The notes beneath the pieces were generated by a model that ran no database searches, was not told the DNA's origin, and was given only the letters and a program-made list of their open reading frames with translations. The position numbers and the translations under genes were made by a program. A stretch of DNA of 56,727 nt, filler included, from Sphacelaria rigidula (Eukaryota): assembly GCA_964200075.2 (NCBI GenBank). It is 6 parts of 6 records of this genome, joined end to end, with 100 filler letters (N's around TTAATTAATTAA, not from the genome) between each part and the next. Parts side by side here need not be neighbours in the genome. Positions count along the whole stretch, not along the records: positions 47,358 to 56,727 come from CAXNAA020008656.1; 5 more parts are not named here. The stretch is one strand, 5' to 3'. Below are positions 49,510 through 56,727 of this stretch, in pieces (positions within the stretch are counted from its first letter, which is position 1; each line of letters starts with the position of its first letter).

Positions 49510-50950
49510 GAGCGGACACTGTCGTCTAATCGTTGTTGCTCCAAGGTGCAGTACAGCCAGAATAACCTATTTTAGACAAATCAGCGCACGAGCGAAACGG
49601 GCGAGGATCATCTTCGACCGCAACCACCCAGTCTCGGCAAACCAGAAGTGAACAATGTTTTCGTGAGATTGAGAGTAGAGGATAATACGATTGAGAGCGA
49701 GAAGCGGTCAATTAGTGAATACATCGTTTCAGTTCCGAACTGCCCCTCCACGAGGCTCGATATGCTAGCTTGCCACTGAAGCCCTTCATCATCCCTGAGT
49801 ACGATATCGACGTGTGCTGCAAGCACACGCCAGTGATACGGGCAAGGAAAGGCACACAAGGAATGAAAAATTGACCAATTCAAAGCGAATGGTAAACCCT
49901 ACTCTTGATCAGTGCTCTGCTCTCAATCTCACGAAAACATTGTTTTTGGTGGGCAGGAGAGCTGGACCAAAAGGTTCTCAACTGTGGCCTCCACACGAAG
50001 CGTGGAGTTAATATTCGCTCCAGTCTCCAGGGAGTAGTGTTAGGTTTCAAAGTTTGGGCTAGGTTTGGTAAATACTGGCGATAGTATCCGAACCCACCCA
50101 GTAGCGAGCGCTGTTGTGGAACATGCTCCGCCCTAGGCGTGTTCGTCGAAGCAGGTATCGTGAATAAGTTGGGTCTTCCACCTTCCCGGGTGAGGATATG
50201 GTGTCCTAGAAATCCAACCTTGGTGGTACCGATGAGCAATTTGATCGGCAACTTCAAGGGGCATGTCAGTCAGAGCGGGCAAAAAACGCAACCAGTTAAC
50301 AGCCGATTATCCGCAAGTGTTTCTTCACCTAGTACCCCAATATTTCGGTTATCGAAATCCTAATTTCTATGGCGTGTAGTAGTTGTCAATAGCTGCGAGT
50401 AGGTGAAGGAATGGAACCACATTTCGAAGATTTGGTGTAGATACTAAGATTTTCACCCTCCGGGTTCTCATCCTCAATGAAAATCTCCATCCTCAATTTC
50501 GATGATCGGCTGTTAGTTGCTCTCTTGCTCTGTCGGGGTGACATTAGTGTGACAAACGGCGTTATTAAGATATATATATTTTACATGTATTTCAAAACAC
50601 CGCAACGACGCTAAATATGGCAAGTTGGAAGGCGTCCGGTGTGCCTGCCGCCGCCCGTGGAGCCACGAACCATTCGTGTACGTAGTCCGGAGGAGTAAAA
50701 AACGTAATGCGGTCATCGCGATGGATTTGGATTTGGATCCATCACCTACCTGCACATAAAATTTGGAAAGTGACTTACGCTCACCCAATGAATCGATAGA
50801 TTCGGCGGTGTGTGGCAATTGAAGACGCGCGACCGCAGCTATAAGATTTAGACATTCGTGGGTTTCTGTGGGGTGAATACTTCCATTCCTTTTGCCAACC
50901 ACCACAAGAGAGAAATCGCACGGGGAGATCAGATGGAGTATCGGATAACC
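49510..50950 (-). pseudogene. Highly decayed Gypsy RT/RNase H relic
   Basis: LNLIAAVARLQLP..AESIDSLG; IGTTKVGFLGHHI; RSLLGGFGYYRQYLPNLAQTLKP; DW..V.DD.RPFR. Interrupted by MITE copy F. Confidence 0.7.
49651..49944 (-). mobile_element. AACAA-TIR MITE, copy F (inverted)
   Basis: AACAATGTTTTCGTGAGATTGAGAG...CTCTCAATCTCACGAAAACATTGTT. Flanks AGTG/TTTG match only partly. Confidence 0.88.
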
Positions 50951-51122
50951 AGCATCCAGAAACTGCCTACAATCGCATGCACCGCAGCCACTTCATCTCC
51001 ACTCCAAGGACTATGACATATGACATACCCTCTTTCGTGCCATCGTCTTGCGTGCTGTGTTTGCTGCCGTATTGTCTCTATAATTGCGGTATAATACCCC
51101 ATCACACATTACTCGCTTGTGC

Positions 51123-51377
51123 TGAGTCATGCTACGATAGGGGGGGGGGGGTATTCGAACGCAAAAAAGAGGCTCATAGGTGTGTCAGACGACCTGCCGC
51201 ACTTGCGCTGCGCTTGTATTTGGTTGACAATAGTGTCCAGTAGTATGAATGAGCGTTATATGTCTAGGACAAGTTTGTTCGAACAACGGTTGCTGCTTTC
51301 AACAGCGATTTGACTTGGAATTTCGTTCAAGAAGTGGCCAAAAATATCCCCCTCCCCCCTATCGTAGGATGACTCTG
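51123..51377. mobile_element. MITE with ~30-bp TIRs
   Basis: GAGTCATGCTACGATAGGGGGG / CCCCCCTATCGTAGGATGACTC. Confidence 0.75.
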
Positions 51378-51599
51378 CTATAATACCGTATCACAAATTA
51401 CTCATAGTAGGGACTGGTTGAATAAAGCGGTATGGAAAAATAAGCGTGCCATCGCTCTCTCCACTTCGCAGTCTACTGTACGCACCGCTACTATCTCTGC
51501 TTAGTGTTCCACAATAGCACTAGAAGAAGTGTGCAACTATCTTGATAACACAAGAGGGGGCCAGGCAGGTCGCAAAGACTATGAGCAGAGCACGTTCTG

Positions 51600-52330
51600 T
51601 TGCTTATTTGCACCGATCAAAGCAGTAAAAACGATTTTCACTTGCCTCCCTTCGGTCCCTTTTCCCGTCTCGGATTTTTCTTTCGGAATATTCTAAATAC
51701 CCATGGTTGATCTGCGAGCTTCTTGGTTGGTCTGAGAAACGGTAACCCACCCGCCCTTCAAAAACCACCCCCTCGCCCGCTTGGAATCCCTGCATGTTCC
51801 TGGACTGTCAGCCAGCGAGGCTTTTCCGGCGCGAGGCTCGCAGTCTAAGGGTTTCAATGACAGCTGCGTGCGCAATGTTTTTCCTTTGATGGACGTTCGT
51901 ATCGTTTTCATGTTTGACCGGGTTACGTAGCGATCGTTTTTTTGACGCGAGGAGACGCGCATTCCCGGAGATATTGGGCGATAAAATTCTGCGAGGGTGG
52001 CGTCTTCTCTTGGCACATGATGGACAGCGAATGTTTCGGCCATTCTACGATAACAGACACCAGGCACCTTACGGTCTGTCTATACCCGACCATCGCAAAC
52101 CGTCAGCAGCACACCTGACTCTCCAGCATGTTCTAGTGGCGCCATATCTAGCACCATGAGGATTGTTGCATCAGCCAGCCAAACGCTGTCAGCGGAAGGT
52201 GACACGACCTCCGTGGCACTAACGATGCACTTGACATGGGCGATTCGCACCTCTCCCCGCTTGTTCAGGTCCTGATATTGAAGCTTCGGGTGCTACATCA
52301 CTGCAGACACTTTCTCGCCCCAAGTAGAGT
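51600..52330 (-). pseudogene. Possible decayed Ty1/Copia relic
   Basis: Weak motifs only: SVWLAD (protease-like), MAE....ATLA...ISP and EPRA (integrase C-terminal-like). Confidence 0.3.
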
Positions 52331-52409
52331 GAAACCAGCCTGTACGTCACATGAGATACCGACTGGTGCAGCTCGTGAATTTTCTACTTCTGAGTTCTGA
52401 GTGCTGAAG

Positions 52410-52513
52410 TCAAAATGGTTCCCACCCGAACGCCTCGTCTCGAAAGGGATGCGTGGGAAATGATCAAACGACCAAGGCAAGCAACCAATGAGTACGCCCC
52501 CCCCCCCCCCCCC
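52410..52513 (+). mobile_element. Poly(C)-anchored element, type B
   Basis: ...CTCGAAAGGGATGCGTGG.AAATG.TCAAACGACCAAGGCAAGCAACCAATGAGTACG followed by about 17 C. Confidence 0.72.
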
Positions 52514-53113
52514 GGGGGGGGGGGGGGAAGGGCCAGGGGCCCAAAACCCGTTCTACGGGCATTCTTGTTCCATATACATTTCCCCATGTTCACAAACTTG
52601 TTCAGGATAACACAGAGGATAATGCTGAACCCTAAAAATACATGTACTCCCAGAACAAATCGAGTGCAGACTTGCCACACCGAAATCCTCCCGTTGCACA
52701 CACCAATACGCCATTCAAGCAATGACTTGCGGGGGTTCTAGATTCAATGTAGAGCGAGCAGCACGTCACATCATCAGCTTACCTGCCCTTGTCGGCTCCC
52801 AGTCTTAACTCGACGCGTGATCTGTTGGTTAACTGCAGCAACTACAACCATCCGTTCGCACTTTCCTGCACCCACACTCGCTAGGGAGACCTTGGCACCA
52901 CAGGTATGCAGCGACGGAAGGAAGGCGACACCACCCCCATGGAAAACGAGCATCCCTTACTTGTGCCCAAGAACTGTAACAAACCAGAGGCATAGGGAAA
53001 TCGTACGTGTACTCTAATTTACGGGAGGGGAAAAAATGATGACAAACCACTTCTTTCAATGTCTGATGACAAGTACAAGAAAGGAACGACGCCGTAGTGA
53101 GATAGGTGCCTCT

Positions 53114-55648
53114 CTATGTCTGCGCGTTTTTTGCAGCGGTCTGGACAACCTTGAGCGCCCTGTTGTAATCCGGACGATCCGGGCTGGTCTCCAGAACTCT
53201 TGACTCTACCGCTCGCCGCCCTCTGCCTTCCGTTTGGCTTGCAGAAACGATCTTTGCATCAAAAAGAGGGCCACATTCGCACAGAGTAAGAGTGGATTGA
53301 AATACAACAACAGAGCCAAGGTAAGGGGAGAAGGCCAGAGCAGATAGAGGGGCAAGGATCGACAACATGCAAAAGGGGGGAATTTCTGGCCAGGCAAGTA
53401 AGTGCGTGTGAAGTACTGTCTGTAACGTCGATAAACGTTAGAAAACGAGCCCGAATCATTAGAAAATACGAAAGCCAAAGAAAGTGTGGGTGGCGCGAAG
53501 AAGCACGATGCAAAGCCGCATATACGAGTAAAATAGATGGGCCGAAGTTGAGTGTGGGGCGACGAGCGGGAAAACCGTGCAAGTCCATGAGCTCGGGGGG
53601 TGAACCATCCACGAACGGGTGCAGACCCCGACAACGCTCGCGGCCGTTTCCATGATTGTCGCCGCTAGTGTCACCACCAATAGTCGGCAGCGACCGCAGC
53701 AGCGACAGCATGCCCTTCGCACCTGCCAGTCCCCCGGTGCCTGTCTGAAGATCCAGCCGCCGGGCAGAGCCTTGAGGTAATAGATCGTCTCGAAGTTCTT
53801 GAGAAACCGCTCCTTGGCGTTGTAAAGTCCCGGAAAAAAAATCCGCGGGTAGTACCCCATCTTTACCTGAGCGGCAGGTGTCGAGCAGCATGTACATGCG
53901 AGGGGAGGGGTGTGTATTGCATGGATCAACTCGGAGACCCTGTCAACGCCAGGTGGGGAATCCGCACAACACTCCGCGTAGGTGCGAACAATAGAACACG
54001 ATTTTTGAAGCCCACAAGGGACTTCGGCTTTGTGCCTTGCCTATGCCAATTGCTTCCTTGTGGTCGTTTCTTCTCCACGGCCTTTTGTTTCTCACGTCTG
54101 GGTATGAGTGTCGTTCTGCGCAAGACCTTTTCCGCCGAAGCCCTGTGGTGGGGGCCGGCCATTTCTTTGCTGTTTTGTTTTTCTTCGTTCTTGGTCTACT
54201 ATGTTGTTCTGTTCTAACTTTTCTGTTTCTTCTTTTTTCTTCAGCGAGTGTTTCAGTTTTATTCTTGCCTCGGATACGTACGTCTGTCGTGTGGATAATG
54301 ACCACGGCTGGATCATGACTACCTTGGGGATCAGTTAAAGTGCGACAAACAATGAAAAATCAACCAAAACAGGTTGCGGTTGTTGTGCTGTATTGATACC
54401 AGCCATCGACCGAAGGCGGTCATGTATGTATATATATATATATTGCTTTCACTTCTAACTCCTACCCTTCTTCGGGATCATTCTGCGGTCTTGAAGGGTC
54501 AACCCATTACGTCTTGGTATGGTATAAGCCTTACGTTTTGGCATCGTGGAATGGATCATGACCACCAGCATCTTCGCACTGCGTCGACTGTCGTCTAACA
54601 ATCTCAGCCGAACGTACTCTTTGGGCCACTCACGTCCCCATGCTTTCAACGACGGAAATCAGATATTTGCGAGAAAAAAAAATGCATATGGCAGGAATCG
54701 AACCTGCGTTCTTCCCTCGCTGATGATGACAGGTAGACGACCACTAGACCACTGGGCCGCGGCGGCTGAACAGGGATTACTCACAGCGGGGGTTCCCAAC
54801 TCGAGACCTCAGCTAAATCAGAGCCACGCTCTACCAGGGGAGCTCTGCGAACACATGATGCCATAGTGGACTAATGTCCATGTACGTAGATTTGCACTTC
54901 ATGTCCACATGGTAACGAAGGACCACAGTTATCACGCAAACCAAAGAAATTCGAAGTTCCCGCATCTGTCCGCCCTGAGGACGTCTTTCGAGAAAATCGA
55001 AAATGTCCATGCTGCATTGGGATGCACAGTAGCGTACGATCCTTGAATCCCACCTTGTCCAGATTCCCGTTGAGCATCACCATCGGAACTCCCGGGCGTT
55101 TCAACTTGTCCAGGGCTATCCACTCGTCCACGTTGTATCCTGTTCGTTCCCAGACCCACCGGTGGGCGTGCGTTTCCGCCCACCCCCCATAAGGAAAGAT
55201 AGCGGCGTCAGGGGTTTCTCGCTTGGGGTCAGAAACTTGTGCTTCGTTTAGGTTGGCATACCATTGGTCAGTTTACTTCAGTCAACCTCCTATCCGCTAT
55301 CATTCGTCGACACAAACACCGGCCTTCTTGAATCGGACTTGACCAGCGTTTCGTTGAAGATTTCTTCACGTCGGAGACTTCTTCGCATAACCGGCAGCGG
55401 AGGTGTGATTATTTCACGCTTTCCTGGAGAGTCCGATTTCGAGATCCTCGACGCGAGAACTCTGTCAGACCTAAAGACGGGTCATGCGAGATTTTCCGTT
55501 GTTGTTACCACCCACCAGGCACCCACCACCGGAAACTCGCCTGGGTTAACAACGATTTGCAGCTTGCAATCTAAGTCCTTCAGGCTGTCGATAGCGGTCT
55601 GGATGCCCACCACAGTGAACGTCGTTCCACCGTACTCCTTTCGCGCAC
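53114..55648 (-). CDS. DUF1995-family (LPA3-like, probably plastid) protein, 3' exons 55648-55541, 55139-55054, 53866-53723, 53251-53114; a further possible exon at ~56500-56597
   Basis: IVVNP|GYNVDEWIAL...PMVMLNGNLDK|VKMGYYPRIFFPGL...FLKNFETIYYLK..PGGWIFRQAPGDWQ|...RPDY...stop. Phases join, and the motifs match my recollection of DUF1995. Confidence 0.78.
54445..54766 (-). mobile_element. tRNA-derived SINE, family 2
   Basis: Minus-strand head ...CCCAG-TGGTCTAGTGG (A box)...AGGTTCGATTCCT (B box). Confidence 0.7.
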
Positions 55649-56149
55649 CTGCAGCCTATGCCCCCCCAAAAATAAAATAAAAAATAAAGGAAACAAACAC
55701 GGAAATAAAACGCACATGTACAAACAGCACGCAGGAAAATGGTGAGCAATGCTACTGTAGGGGTGCACTTTTTGCCCGAAATCTTGTCTGGCTCAGGGGC
55801 TACCAACGATTCTAGATTGCACAAGAATATGGGTCAGGGCGTCCCCGTTTGCAAATTCATTCGGGATGTCTCTAGCACATTGAAATCGCAGTTCTGGCGT
55901 ACCCTCACATATTTCGTAAGTGGTGTTCTGGATGAGATACAGGGGTCCTGACAATTCTATCCTCAAAAACATATTTGTGCGCCCCCACCGCAGCATCACT
56001 CTGGTATGGTTCTCATTCGCCCTGTTTCGGTACCGGTGCCCGCAGCTCCCACAGAACGGAGAACAAAACAAGAAGAGGCTCGGTGTGACATCATCAGCCA
56101 ACTGTACGCAGTGGTGACGAACGTACAACGCGGTTCCTATTTAACACGT

Positions 56150-56449
56150 AACAATGTTTTCGTGAGATTGAGAGTAGAGGATACGATTGAGAGTGAAAAG
56201 CGGTCAATTAGTGAATGAATCATTTCAGTTCCAAAATGACCCTCCGCGAGGCCCGATATGCTTCCTGGAGTAGTTTGCCACCGAGACCCTTGATATCCCT
56301 GACTAGGATATCGACGTGTAGCTATAAGCACACGCCAGTAATGGACGCAAAGAGAAGCACGCACTGAATGAAATATTGGCCAAGTTAACGCGAATGATCA
56401 AAGCCACTCTCAATCAGCACTCTACTCTCAATCTTAGGAAAACGTTGAT
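56150..56449 (-). mobile_element. AACAA-TIR MITE, copy G (inverted, TSD ACGT)
   Basis: Family TIRs, with ACGT at 56146-56149 and 56450-56453. Confidence 0.9.
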
Positions 56450-56727
56450 ACGTGCAGTCTGCGACCTCATCAACGTGCAAGCGCTACATAACACATACCA
56501 AAACCGTCCGAATTTTTCCCAGCGTCCCAGAAGACCTAATGTGCTCATCACGGGTGAAAGTTGTGCGATCATGAATGCATTTCCAGCGTCTGCATACTGT
56601 TGTGACAAGGGAAGTAAAAACGAAAACAAGCTCGATAAGTATAAATCACAGTACCCCCCCCCCCCCCCCCCCCCCCCCCGCCCCCCCCTCCCATCACAAC
56701 TCCAGTTCTTTTTTCTCTTTTTAAAGG

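Noticed and set aside
21227..55648. ABCA + coiled-coil + XRN1 + DUF1995 as a functional gene cluster
   Set aside because: Each gene lies on a different, artificially joined contig.

Overview
Eukaryotic, intron-rich, repeat-dense DNA. Gene architecture and TE style resemble a brown alga (stramenopile); this is an inference. The window is not one locus. It is six ~9.37-kb contigs in descending size order, joined by N44-TTAATTAATTAA-N44 linkers. Contig 1 holds a decayed Ty3/Gypsy element (LTRs, PBS, RT end, RNase H, integrase, chromodomain-like tail) with four nested MITEs, then a Helitron-like 3' end. Contig 2 holds an intron-containing hAT transposase pseudogene. Contig 3 holds internal exons of an ABCA transporter. 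Contig 4 holds 12 in-phase exons of a coiled-coil protein. Contig 5 holds the 3' part of an XRN1-like gene. Contig 6 holds the 3' exons of a DUF1995-like gene plus LTR-element relics. The most unusual signals are non-coding mobile families: (i) 5'-truncated retroposon-like elements anchored on C/G homopolymers with an internal terminal-type direct repeat; (ii) a ~280-bp AACAA...TTGTT MITE with variable 4-bp TSDs (7 copies); (iii) a 417-bp foldback inserted apparently without a TSD; (iv) arrays of consecutive hairpins. No prokaryotic-type system (CRISPR, operon, defence island) is supported.
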